A program made the translations under genes and the position numbers. From contig JAFTKN010000010.1 of NCBI GenBank assembly GCA_017453255.1, positions 280,458 through 344,457 of the forward strand: DNA of 64,000 nt. Reading direction: 5' to 3'. Position 1 is the first letter of the stretch. Each line of letters begins with the position of its first letter. Shown here in pieces: positions 10,633 to 20,004 of the stretch. This stretch comes from Clostridia bacterium (GTDB lineage: Bacteria > Bacillota > Clostridia > Oscillospirales > CAG-272). The notes beneath the pieces were generated by a model. It was not told where the DNA came from, made no database searches, and saw only the letters and a program-made list of their open reading frames with translations.

Positions 10633-11540
10633 TTTTCTCTATTAATTAAATATTTAGCTAGCTCAATAAGCATACAATCGTTTTTATCATTTGTATAATA
10701 CTTTTCCAATAATAAAATTGCTTCGTTTGTCAGATTATCAATAACTGCCTCTGCTTCATTTATTGTAAGAAATTTAAGTGCAGTCGCCTTTCCGTTTTTA
10801 GAATCTGAACCTGTCTTTTTACCAAGTATCGCTAAATTTGAAGTTTCATCTAAAATATCATCTCTAATTTGAAAAGAAATGCCAATATTATCAGCAATTT
10901 TTTCCAAATCCTTTATAATCAAATTATCCAACTTATCGCAAGAAGCAACATACCCAAGTACTAAAGCAGCTTTTATTAAGCCACTTGTTTTTAAGGAGTG
11001 CATTTTAAATAACTCATCTAAAGAACTAATGTTATTTGAGCTATCTAAGTCAATCATTTGACCACCTGCCATACCTGAAAAACCTGCATATTTAGATAAT
11101 ATTTCGACAGCTCTTACCCTACTTTCGAATGAAGCCAAATTATTTGTAGCAATAATTTCAAATGCATAAGTTAATAGAGTGTCACCTGCTAAAAGTGCTT
11201 GAGCCTCACCAAAAACCATATGATTTGTAGGCATTCCTCGTCTAAATTCATCGTTATCCATACAAGGAAGGTCATCGTGAATTAATGAATATGTATGTAT
11301 CATTTCAAGAGCGCATGCATAGGGCAAAGCTTTTTCGATAGTAGCACCATTAGAAAAAAGCTTATATGATTCCAATGTAAATATCGGTCTTAGTCTTTTT
11401 CCACCAGACAAAAGACTGTACTTCATAACATTTGAAAGACCATTATCGTTTTTATTAGTCAAATATTTTTCAAGATTTTGTTCTATAATAGGCACGGTTT
11501 TTTCAAAATATGAATTAATTCTATTATTCATTAGATTCAA
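10629..11540 (-). CDS. ispA: Polyprenyl (farnesyl/geranylgeranyl) diphosphate synthase
   Basis: 303 aa. First Asp-rich motif DDLPCMDNDEFRRG, second FQIRDDILD. 4-nt overlap with tlyA. Confidence 0.85.
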   Translation of the reverse strand: MNLMNNRINSYFEKTVPIIEQNLEKYLTNKNDNGLSNVMKYSLLSGGKRLRPIFTLESYKLFSNGATIEKALPYACALEMIHTYSLIHDDLPCMDNDEFRRGMPTNHMVFGEAQALLAGDTLLTYAFEIIATNNLASFESRVRAVEILSKYAGFSGMAGGQMIDLDSSNNISSLDELFKMHSLKTSGLIKAALVLGYVASCDKLDNLIIKDLEKIADNIGISFQIRDDILDETSNLAILGKKTGSDSKNGKATALKFLTINEAEAVIDNLTNEAILLLEKYYTNDKNDCMLIELAKYLINREK

Positions 11541-11754
11541 AATCCTTTTCTTCTATTTCACCAATAGTTTGAGATAAAATTTTAACTGATTTTTCCACAG
11601 ATGACAACTTTTTATTACATTCCTTAACAAGAGTTGTTCCTTCCTCAAATAGTTCAAGTGACCTATCAAGAGGGAAATCGCCACTTTCAAGCATTTTAAC
11701 AATCTCTTCTAATCTCTCTATAGCATCTTCAAAAATTATCTCTTTTTTTGTCAT
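11524..11754 (-). CDS. xseB: Exodeoxyribonuclease VII small subunit
   Basis: The track ORF (to 11838) overlaps xseA. The internal start MTKKEIIFEDAIERLEEIVKMLE at 11754 abuts the xseA stop (11756) and matches the XseB helical hairpin. Confidence 0.85.
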   Translation of the reverse strand: MTKKEIIFEDAIERLEEIVKMLESGDFPLDRSLELFEEGTTLVKECNKKLSSVEKSVKILSQTIGEIEEKDFESNE

Positions 11755-11755
11755 T

Positions 11756-12994
11756 TTAATTTCCTTTCTTATCGGTGACAGTTGCAATAACGCATCCATC
11801 AGATAACATAACGTTGATTGTATCTCCGAGATTAACATTATTTATACTTTTTATTATATTATTTTTAATATCTTTCATTGCACCATAACCACGCGATAAT
11901 ACAGACATTGGATTTAAAGAAGCAAGCTTTCCACTTAATTGTAAAAACTGACCTCTTGAATTATTCAAAAATAAATTAAACGATGATAAAATCTTATCAT
12001 TATAAATATCAAGTTTAATTTTCGGTGCATCAAACATTTTTTCTGGATTTCTAAATAATGATGATTTTTTTATGTTTGATAATCTTAATCTTGACTGTTC
12101 TATCTTATTTTTTATTGATTTTAGTGCTCTATGTTTGAATCCATTAAATAAATCAATAATCTCAAGCGTATTTGGAGTCGCAATCTCTGCTGCAGCAGAC
12201 GGTGTTGCCGCTCGAACATCTGCTACAAAATCACATATTGTAAAATCAGTTTCATGGCCAACTCCAGATATAGTTGGAATGCGAGATTTATATATTGTAC
12301 GAGCTAATCCCTCGTCATTAAATGCCCATAAATCCTCAATTGAGCCTCCACCACGACCGATTATTATCACATCCACGGGCATATGATTATTGAAAAATTC
12401 AACCGCTTTAATTAAGTCTCGTGGTGCATCTTCTCCTTGTACTAAGCTAGGATATAATATGATTTTTGCATATGGAAAACGACGTGTAGCAACGTTTATA
12501 ATATCTCTTACTGCTGCTCCAGTTGGAGATGTAATTACACCTATTGTACTTGGATATTTAGGGAGCGTAAGCTTATGCTCTACATCAAAAAGTCCTTCGT
12601 TGTATAATTTTTTCTTTAACTGCTCGTATGCTAAGTGAAGTGCTCCTATTCCATCAGGCTGAATACTATCCACATAAAGTTGATAATTTCCAGCTTGTGC
12701 ATATACACTAATTCTTGCATGTGCAATTACCTTCATTCCATTCTCAATCCTAAATTTTACTTTATAGGCATAGGACTTGAACATCACTGCTTTTATTTCA
12801 CTATTTTCGTCTTTTAATGTAAAATATAAATGACCAGAGGAATGATTTTTAAAATTCGAAATTTCGCCTTGAATGTAGATATCCTGTAAAATCATTTCTT
12901 CATCAATAAGTGCTTTTATATATTCATTGATTTCGGAAACTGTTTTAGGTATAGGCATAATTTCATTTCCATATTCATCAAAGCTATAATTCAT
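11756..12994 (-). CDS. xseA: Exodeoxyribonuclease VII large subunit
   Basis: 412 aa. OB-fold GEISNFKNHSSGHLYFTLKD. Catalytic region GRGGGSIEDLWAFN. Confidence 0.93.
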   Translation of the reverse strand: MNYSFDEYGNEIMPIPKTVSEINEYIKALIDEEMILQDIYIQGEISNFKNHSSGHLYFTLKDENSEIKAVMFKSYAYKVKFRIENGMKVIAHARISVYAQAGNYQLYVDSIQPDGIGALHLAYEQLKKKLYNEGLFDVEHKLTLPKYPSTIGVITSPTGAAVRDIINVATRRFPYAKIILYPSLVQGEDAPRDLIKAVEFFNNHMPVDVIIIGRGGGSIEDLWAFNDEGLARTIYKSRIPTISGVGHETDFTICDFVADVRAATPSAAAEIATPNTLEIIDLFNGFKHRALKSIKNKIEQSRLRLSNIKKSSLFRNPEKMFDAPKIKLDIYNDKILSSFNLFLNNSRGQFLQLSGKLASLNPMSVLSRGYGAMKDIKNNIIKSINNVNLGDTINVMLSDGCVIATVTDKKGN

Positions 12995-13932
12995 TTTTTA
13001 CCTCTTAAATACTTTTCCCACGCTAATAATGAAATGCCAGCAGCATTATCAGAGCTAAATTGTGGCTCTGCAAAATAAACATTATCAAATTTAAAAAGTC
13101 TATTCTTAATGATTTGATTACTCATAACCCCACCAGCAAAGATTATTGGAAAATTCATATTTTTTCTAAGATTAATCACAAGCTTTTCAAGAGTTGATCC
13201 AATAAAATCAAGTACATAAGCAGCGGTCAAGCATTTATCACCAGTATCTTGATATATTTTTGTTGCTAAATTCTCTAAGCCTGATAAATTGCAAAAATAT
13301 TCAGAAACAGATGTTTTAGGCTTAGGAATAATTTCCTTGTTATCCAATGCTAATTTCTCTATTTCTTTACCACATGGAAACAACAACCCCATTTTAACAC
13401 CAATTCTATCAATGGCCTGTCCTGCATGCAAATCATTTGCACCACCGATTATGTCTATTTTGTACTCACCATCATGATTATGGACGTTAACAATCTCGGT
13501 TGTTCCACCAGATATGTGAAATGCAATAAAATCTTTACACACAAATTTGCTTGAATACAATGCAGCTCGAATATGACCAAGTTGATGGGAAAACTTGAAA
13601 ATCGGAATATTGTAAAGTGACGATAACATTTCACAAATTGATTGACCTACAAGAAAGCACGGCATATACGAACCTTCTACATCACGAGGATATGCTGAAT
13701 ATCCAATGGCTACTATATCGTAATTTGCGTGCTTCTCTTTTATTATATTTGCAATATTTTGGAAATTCTTAACATGAGCAAAAACTGCATCACTTTGCCT
13801 TAAGCCATTCTCTCCAATTTTAACAGGTAATAATATTTTATAATTCTCGATTATCTCGCCTTCTAAGGAGCAAATTGCACATGATGTTGTGTAATTGCTT
13901 GTATCAATTCCTACAATAACTCTATTATCCAT
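12991..13932 (-). CDS. Kae1/TsaD-like ASKHA-fold protein (paralogue of the t6A synthase; function unknown)
   Basis: 313 aa. N-terminal IVGIDTSNYTTS (compare TsaD GIETSCDET). HxxxH metal motif SHQLGH. C-terminal SSDNAAGISL (compare DNAAMI). Shorter than canonical TsaD. Confidence 0.7.
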   Translation of the reverse strand: MDNRVIVGIDTSNYTTSCAICSLEGEIIENYKILLPVKIGENGLRQSDAVFAHVKNFQNIANIIKEKHANYDIVAIGYSAYPRDVEGSYMPCFLVGQSICEMLSSLYNIPIFKFSHQLGHIRAALYSSKFVCKDFIAFHISGGTTEIVNVHNHDGEYKIDIIGGANDLHAGQAIDRIGVKMGLLFPCGKEIEKLALDNKEIIPKPKTSVSEYFCNLSGLENLATKIYQDTGDKCLTAAYVLDFIGSTLEKLVINLRKNMNFPIIFAGGVMSNQIIKNRLFKFDNVYFAEPQFSSDNAAGISLLAWEKYLRGKK

Positions 13933-13933
13933 T

Positions 13934-14335
13934 TTAATTACTTTTGGAAATGTTGTTTAAAACACCGTTAATAAAAGAAGCCGATCCATCCTCTGCATAT
14001 TGCTTTGCAAGCTCTACAGCCTCGTTTATAGAGATAGCAGGGGCTAATCCTTTAAATAGCATTTCATATGTACTTAAACGTAATATTGATAAGCTTACCT
14101 TAGATAAACGATTAATTTTCCATCCATTTAAGTGTTTCGAAATTATGTCATCAATTTCTACGATTTTTTCATTAATTTCCAAAAACGATATTTTAACAGA
14201 TTCTTCCTCATCGTCCTCACAAATAAAATTATCATAAGCCCTGTTATAATAGTCTAAGGCACTTTCTTCCTTATTGAATTCATATCCAAATATAAGCTCA
14301 AAAATATTTTTTCTTACTTTTCTCTTACCAAGCAT
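13934..14335 (-). CDS. nusB: Transcription antitermination factor NusB
   Basis: 133 aa. NusB helical fold with INEAVELAKQY...FINGVLN. Confidence 0.9.
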   Translation of the reverse strand: MLGKRKVRKNIFELIFGYEFNKEESALDYYNRAYDNFICEDDEEESVKISFLEINEKIVEIDDIISKHLNGWKINRLSKVSLSILRLSTYEMLFKGLAPAISINEAVELAKQYAEDGSASFINGVLNNISKSN

Positions 14336-14365
14336 TTTATTTCCCTCTTTTTATATTATACATTT

Positions 14366-14394
14366 ATTATATATTTTATTAGTTTTATTGTCAA
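14366..14394 (-). promoter_or_regulatory. Sigma-A type promoter for the nusB operon
   Basis: On the minus strand: TTGACA (14389-14394), 17-nt spacer, TATAAT (14366-14371), about 30 nt upstream of the nusB start. Confidence 0.45.
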
Positions 14395-14498
14395 GTGAAA
14401 ATATTCATTTTTTATTCATTATAAAGGTTTTAATTAAAAGCACTTGAATTTAGGTTAAATTTGTGTTATCTTATATTAAGTGACATATGGAGGTACAT

Positions 14499-15125
14499 AT
14501 GAAAAAAGTAGAAGAAAAACAATCAATTTTCTTACCCTTTATCAGTTTAACTTGTGCAATATTTACATTTCTTTTTTTTCTTGCCAACATCTTTTTTCAT
14601 TATGCATTAAGCTTTAGTGCGTTAATGATTGAAGGAGATTTATTCTTACTTGCACTTGCTTCTGCAATCGGTATTTTAGTCGCGATTTGTTTATTTTATA
14701 GTAAAAAAACTAAATTTATTAACAAAATCTTTCCAATATTTTTTAGTTTTATATTGTTTACTATTTGCATTTTTGTTGTATATATTTTTTACAACATTTT
14801 ACTGTCAAATAGACTAACAACACCATATCTATGGAATTTACAATTAATGTTTTTTGTATTAGGTTTCTCTGCATTAGAAGGAGCATTACGTTTATTAAAG
14901 ATTAAAAATTATTTAATAAATGTATTAATTCAGCTTGCAACGACTGGACTTTTCTATTTCATTTTAACATTAGCAATATTTAAAATTGGTAGTGGATCTG
15001 GTCTAATTTTCGTAATTTTTGCATATTTAATCATTTTTGCTATTTCTGCTATTGGATATTTCTTTTTTGTATATTATAAACAGAAAGCAAAGAATCAGGA
15101 AAAAAATTATAAAAAACAATTCTAA
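14499..15125 (+). CDS. Polytopic membrane protein, unknown function
   Basis: About six hydrophobic helices. I prefer ATG 14499 (TGGAGG 5 nt upstream) over the track start 14487. No recognisable motif. Confidence 0.6.
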   Translation: MKKVEEKQSIFLPFISLTCAIFTFLFFLANIFFHYALSFSALMIEGDLFLLALASAIGILVAICLFYSKKTKFINKIFPIFFSFILFTICIFVVYIFYNILLSNRLTTPYLWNLQLMFFVLGFSALEGALRLLKIKNYLINVLIQLATTGLFYFILTLAIFKIGSGSGLIFVIFAYLIIFAISAIGYFFFVYYKQKAKNQEKNYKKQF

Positions 15126-15157
15126 AAAAATCCCCACAATTTGTGGGGATTTTTTTA
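15124..15157. terminator. Bidirectional intrinsic terminator (membrane protein / tsf convergent pair)
   Basis: AAAAAAATCCCCAcaatttgTGGGGATTTTTTT: GC-rich stem flanked by an A-run and a T-run. Confidence 0.8.
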
Positions 15158-16087
15158 TTAACCTTTAACGAGTTTTTCGATTTCAGCAGCAAAATCGTCT
15201 TCTCTCTTTTGTAAGCCTTCACCCTTTTCGTAAACAGTATAGCTTACAACCTTAATATCTCCGCCTAATTCCTTAGCAGATTGATTTACATACTGACCAA
15301 CGCTCATCTTGTCGTCTTTTACATAACCCTGCTCGAGTAAACATGTTCTCTCATAGAACTTACCAAGCTTACCAACAACCATCTTTTCGAGAATGTTTGC
15401 TGGCTTGTTAGCATTCTTTGGATCATTGTTTAATTGAGCAAGAATAATAGCCTTTTCTTCCTCAACGTCCTTTTCAGGAACAGATTCTTTGTTAAGATAT
15501 AGAGCAGGAATAGCAGCAACTTGAAGTGCAATGTTTTTAGCAAACTCAGCAAAACCAGCTGCGTTTTTAACAGCATCAGATGTTTCAAAGTTAATGATAA
15601 CACCTGTTGAGCCCTTACCGTGAATGTATGTGCTAACGATACCATCAACAATTACAAATCTACGGATATTCATATTTTCACCAATTGTGAAGATCATATC
15701 CTTAAGCTTTGCCTCAACAGTCATTTCTGCATCATAGTTCTTTGTAAGAAGCTCTTCAACAGAAGAAGGTCTTGTTGCAAGAATTGTCTTAAGAATATTC
15801 TTTACAAAATCAAGGAACTTTTCATTTTTAGCAACGAAGTCTGTCTCAGCATTAACCTCAATCATTGCTGCACTTGTACCATTTTCGTTTACGAGAATGT
15901 CAACAACGCCTTCAGAAGCAATTCTGTCAGCCTTCTTAGCAGCAACTGCAAGTCCTTTTTCACGAAGTACCTTTACTGCTTCATCAAAATCACCATTTGC
16001 CTCTGTAAGAGCTTTTTTGCACTCCATCATACCGCAACCTGTTTGTGTTCTTAGGTCAGCGACCATTTTAGCTGTAATAGCTGCCAT
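15158..16087 (-). CDS. tsf: Translation elongation factor Ts
   Basis: 309 aa. UBA-like N-terminus MVADLRTQTGCGMMECKKAL. Confidence 0.97.
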   Translation of the reverse strand: MAAITAKMVADLRTQTGCGMMECKKALTEANGDFDEAVKVLREKGLAVAAKKADRIASEGVVDILVNENGTSAAMIEVNAETDFVAKNEKFLDFVKNILKTILATRPSSVEELLTKNYDAEMTVEAKLKDMIFTIGENMNIRRFVIVDGIVSTYIHGKGSTGVIINFETSDAVKNAAGFAEFAKNIALQVAAIPALYLNKESVPEKDVEEEKAIILAQLNNDPKNANKPANILEKMVVGKLGKFYERTCLLEQGYVKDDKMSVGQYVNQSAKELGGDIKVVSYTVYEKGEGLQKREDDFAAEIEKLVKG

Positions 16088-16111
16088 TTTAATATCCTCC
16101 GTGTTTTAAAA

Positions 16112-16849
16112 TTATTCAGCATCTTCTGCTACTTCTTCAGTAGCCTCAGTTTCTTCAACTGGAGTCTCGCCTTGCTTACCCTCAATTACTGCATCAGCAA
16201 TAGCTGCAGAAATAAGCTTAATAGCTCTGATAGCATCATCATTACCAGGAATGATATAATCTGCATCATCAGGATCACAGTTTGTATCAACAACTGCAAT
16301 TACAGGAATACCAAGTCTCTTAGCTTCCAATACAGCATTGTGTTCTTTCTTAGTATCAACAATGAAAATAGCGTCTGGAAGTCTTTCCATATCCTTGATA
16401 CCACCAAGGTTCTTTTCGAGGTTATCCATTTCCTTTGTTAAACCAGCAACTTCCTTCTTTGGAAGAAGATCAAATGTGCCATTTTCTTGCATTTGACGAA
16501 GTTGCGCAAGACGAGCAATGCTCTTCTTAATTGTTTGGAAGTTAGTGAGCATACCACCGAGCCAACGTACATTTACATAGTACATACCGCAACGAGCAGC
16601 CTCTTCACGGATAGCGTCTGTAGCCTGCTTTTTTGTACCAACAAAAAGAATGTTTCCGCCGTTTGCTGCTATGTCACGAGCAAACATATAAGCCTCTTCA
16701 AACTTCTTTGCTGTCTTTTGAAGGTCAATGATATAAATACCATTTCTTTCTGTGAAGATGTACTCTGCCATCTTTGGGTTCCATCTTCTTGTGTGGTGTC
16801 CAAAATGAACACCTGCTTCAAGCAATTGCTTAATTGAGATTACTGACAT
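16112..16849 (-). CDS. rpsB: 30S ribosomal protein S2
   Basis: 245 aa. [14 protein letters not shown]. Acidic C-terminal tail. Confidence 0.97.
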   Translation of the reverse strand: MSVISIKQLLEAGVHFGHHTRRWNPKMAEYIFTERNGIYIIDLQKTAKKFEEAYMFARDIAANGGNILFVGTKKQATDAIREEAARCGMYYVNVRWLGGMLTNFQTIKKSIARLAQLRQMQENGTFDLLPKKEVAGLTKEMDNLEKNLGGIKDMERLPDAIFIVDTKKEHNAVLEAKRLGIPVIAVVDTNCDPDDADYIIPGNDDAIRAIKLISAAIADAVIEGKQGETPVEETEATEEVAEDAE

Positions 16850-16966
16850 AATAATGTCCTCCTTTGGTTATTTTCCACCACAAATACTCATACTGTAACC
16901 AATTTGGCACCAACAGCACTCGAAATATTTGTGTGTGTTCTATACGCCTCTCAAGCGTACGCACGC

Positions 16967-16995
16967 ATTATAACACGCTCATATATATTTTGCAA
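16967..16995 (-). promoter_or_regulatory. Sigma-A promoter of rpsB-tsf
   Basis: Minus strand: TTGCAA (16990-16995), 17 nt, TATAAT (16967-16972). Leaves a 5' UTR of about 110 nt. Confidence 0.55.
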
Positions 16996-17028
16996 GTTTT
17001 TTCTTTTCAGTTCACAAAAAATTTACAA

Positions 17029-17325
17029 TTATCGAAAGAATTTCTTTTTCTTTGGCTTTTCGCAATCACATTCACAATCTTTAGGTTTAATATCACCTAT
17101 ATCCACAATTATCGTATCTTTACCGATTTTTACTATCTTATCCCAAGGAATTAATATGTCAACACATTTTTTGAAATTAAAGACTCCACCTTCACCTGGT
17201 AAAATAATAGCAGTAATTTTTCCACAACACACATCAATCTTAAAGTCGATTACATTCCCTAATATTCTTCCATCACAAACATTTACAACTTCCTTCTCTG
17301 TTAGATCGCTTAATGTTTCATTCAT
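17029..17325 (-). CDS. YlmC/YmxH-family sporulation protein (PRC-barrel)
   Basis: MNETLSDLTEKEVVNVCDGRILGNVIDFKIDV..GKITAIILPG. ATG 17325 is preceded by AAAGGAG. The track start 17340 is a TTG inside that SD. Confidence 0.8.
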   Translation of the reverse strand: MNETLSDLTEKEVVNVCDGRILGNVIDFKIDVCCGKITAIILPGEGGVFNFKKCVDILIPWDKIVKIGKDTIIVDIGDIKPKDCECDCEKPKKKKFFR

Positions 17326-17425
17326 AATTACTCCTTTCAATATATTATATTCGAGAGTAATTTTTTTATCAAATTATTAAAAAATGAAGAGAGCCAAAAA
17401 TAGCTCACTTCATTTTTTATAAATA

Positions 17426-19915
17426 TTAGTTTTTATTAGCTAATTTTGAGTAGAAATCAATAATAAGCTTGTATTTGTCGTTATCATACAAATCAACTGC
17501 AAATTCGTAGCCTTTGGTTGGCTCTAATACTATATCAATTTCATATAAATACTCGTTTATTACAATTTCATATTCTTTTATTTCTTGAAGAAGTAAAACG
17601 TAATCATTAAGTTCATTAATAACTTTGATTTGAGAATCCTTAGTAGAATCATCTAAGCTATCATCATCGTTAATATTGTCTTTAGCCAAATCAAGGATGT
17701 CGATTAGTTCATCTAATAACTCTACATATTCATTTAATTCTACATCTGTAAGAAGAACAGAATTTCCACCATTTTCTTCAGCGATTTCATTAGATAAATA
17801 ATTCACTAACTTTTTATAGTCATTGATTTTATCAGCATTATCATCTTTTTCTTCAGCTATTAAACTTTCTATTTCAGAATTCACATGATCAATTAGTGAT
17901 TGAATCAAAGATGCCTTTACGTTACTTTCTTCTGAGGTGCGCTTTGCATCATAGTATGAAACTTTGACATTAATCTCAGCTATTTCCTCTTGAATTTCCA
18001 ATATGATTTCATCTTTATACTCTTGTTCGAGTTCTGCATTATTTAAGATATCAGCAATTTCTTTTTCTAATTTTGCAATCTCTGTCTTGTAATCATTTAT
18101 GATATAACTAATTTCCTTATCGGATAGACGATAGTTTAGAACTTCCCTTATAGATAATGAAATTAAATTAATTTCTTTGTCTATTTCGCTAATTAATGTA
18201 GCTTTTTCATCGTCACTTAGTTCTTCATCCTTAGCAATCTTACTCTTTTCTTTTTCAAGCTTAGAATAGTCACTTTCCAAGCTATCAAGCATATCAAGCT
18301 TTTCGTATCCCATTTCTTCTTTATAGAATGCAAGATCTTCCCAAATAATTGTCGCAAAATCAATAGACGCAAATTTGTCGAACTCTTCACTTGTCATTCC
18401 ATTAATTTCATCAAGATATGCATCAATCAAAGTAACAACGGCAAGCTTATTCTCTTCAAGTAATTCTTTTTCCGAATCGGAAATTTTATCACTATTTAAA
18501 ATTTCATCAAAGCAAATGAATGGGTCAACAATAAGATCTCTATTTGCATCCTTTACATCATCCCAATCATTCAAAGAACCATTTTCAGGATAAGTATAGT
18601 AGTTGTTTCCAGTGTAAAGAATGTTCATTTTATAAGGTGTATCATCTTTAACCTTAATAATGTTTTCCTTCTTCTCTTCATCAAATACTATTGTATAGTC
18701 TTCACCTTCAATACCATACTGTAATAGTGTTCTTACCTCCACATCAGATTGAAGCAAGTATAAGAATTTCATCGCTCTTTCATACTCTATTGAATATGTA
18801 CTAATCGCAAACATTGACTCAAATATATCATCAGTTGTTGCAACAGGACCACGTGACTTGATTAAATAATAATCATCACCATATGCAGACTCAATATTTT
18901 CAGATGTACCATATAAAAATTGAACTGCTGCATTTGTGGGATCGTTTCCAACATAACCTTTTTCAGAAAGTCTTTTATAAAACGAAACATAATCTGTGTA
19001 ATCCTTTGAAGCGAAAATGTTAGAAACATTTCCATCGGTGAATCCTGCACCAATCAAGGAGTCTTCGTCGTAAATTTTCGAATTTGGTGCATCATTTAGT
19101 GTACCTACAAAAGGAACGACGTTAGAAAGCTCACCACTTGCAAGTTTTTCACCCACTGTTATAATAAAGCTTTCGCAAGCATATATATCAGTTAAATCAC
19201 TCGCATCAAAGCCTAAGCTATCAAATACATTTTTATTTATAGCAACATATTGGTATTCATCTGCATACAAATGATTATTTGGCACAGCATAAATCTTACC
19301 ATTAATTTTCATTTGCTCAAGAATACTAGGTCTAATTAGCTTTGAAATGTTGGAATATGTCTTTCCGCTCCTGATAAAACCATCTGTTTTGTCAGAAATA
19401 TAATTCTTTTCGTAATATGACATATAATTTTCATATCCACGAATTAAAAATAAATCAAGTTGATAATCTAAAACATCAGGATACTTCAATTTATAAATAA
19501 AATCTTCTTTATTCTCCTCATCTGGATAATAATAGTCAATTTCATTTTTGTATTTTAAGCCATCAGTATAAGCTTGACCTGCATTATTTCCCATTTGAAG
19601 AAATCTATCGCTTAATTTCTTCTCATATTCACTGTCATTAACTGCTTCAATCTTGATTTGAGTAGTATAGTTCTTTTCAACCAAAATTGCATTAATAGCA
19701 TTTTCTACAGCTTCAACTCTTTCTTTAAAATTTGGGTCATCAGTATTAGATTCAGTAGGAATCCAAATAGAAAGTGTATGTGCAATAGCAGCATCCTCAC
19801 CGCCCAAAATACTTGCGATAATCTCCTCATCACTTCTTACATCACTACAAGAAGCTAAAATCATTGGCAAAACCATAAGCATAGCAATGGCTAAGCACAA
19901 AAGCTTTTTTTTCAT
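17426..19915 (-). CDS. Lipoprotein with a solute-binding-protein-like N-terminal region and a long acidic helical C-terminal region
   Basis: 829 aa. Signal peptide with lipobox L-A-S-C (Cys23). SBP-family-1-like patterns INGKIYAVPNN and LLQYGIEGEDYT. Residues ~470-800 are D/E/K/I/L-rich with a heptad-like character. Confidence 0.8.
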   Translation of the reverse strand: MKKKLLCLAIAMLMVLPMILASCSDVRSDEEIIASILGGEDAAIAHTLSIWIPTESNTDDPNFKERVEAVENAINAILVEKNYTTQIKIEAVNDSEYEKKLSDRFLQMGNNAGQAYTDGLKYKNEIDYYYPDEENKEDFIYKLKYPDVLDYQLDLFLIRGYENYMSYYEKNYISDKTDGFIRSGKTYSNISKLIRPSILEQMKINGKIYAVPNNHLYADEYQYVAINKNVFDSLGFDASDLTDIYACESFIITVGEKLASGELSNVVPFVGTLNDAPNSKIYDEDSLIGAGFTDGNVSNIFASKDYTDYVSFYKRLSEKGYVGNDPTNAAVQFLYGTSENIESAYGDDYYLIKSRGPVATTDDIFESMFAISTYSIEYERAMKFLYLLQSDVEVRTLLQYGIEGEDYTIVFDEEKKENIIKVKDDTPYKMNILYTGNNYYTYPENGSLNDWDDVKDANRDLIVDPFICFDEILNSDKISDSEKELLEENKLAVVTLIDAYLDEINGMTSEEFDKFASIDFATIIWEDLAFYKEEMGYEKLDMLDSLESDYSKLEKEKSKIAKDEELSDDEKATLISEIDKEINLISLSIREVLNYRLSDKEISYIINDYKTEIAKLEKEIADILNNAELEQEYKDEIILEIQEEIAEINVKVSYYDAKRTSEESNVKASLIQSLIDHVNSEIESLIAEEKDDNADKINDYKKLVNYLSNEIAEENGGNSVLLTDVELNEYVELLDELIDILDLAKDNINDDDSLDDSTKDSQIKVINELNDYVLLLQEIKEYEIVINEYLYEIDIVLEPTKGYEFAVDLYDNDKYKLIIDFYSKLANKN

Positions 19916-20004
19916 CGGTTAAAACCTCCGCGTTTATGTTACAAGTAATATTTTATAATATTTATTAGAATTTGTCAAGGTTTTTGTATATAATTTACAA
20001 AATA

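Noticed and set aside
11755-11838. N-terminal extensions of track ORFs: xseB to 11838, S4 protein to 57655, HIT to 39095, receiver-like to 30510, spoIIIAF from 34135, ylmC to 17340, spoIIGA to 27731
   Set aside because: In each case an internal ATG with a proper SD gives the family-typical N-terminus. The extension would overlap the upstream gene, a terminator or the promoter.
16864-17380. Two plus-strand ORFs (96 and 158 aa) across the rpsB leader and ylmC
   Set aside because: They overlap the rpsB promoter and leader, and they are antisense to the YlmC/YmxH gene, which has a clear SD and family signature.
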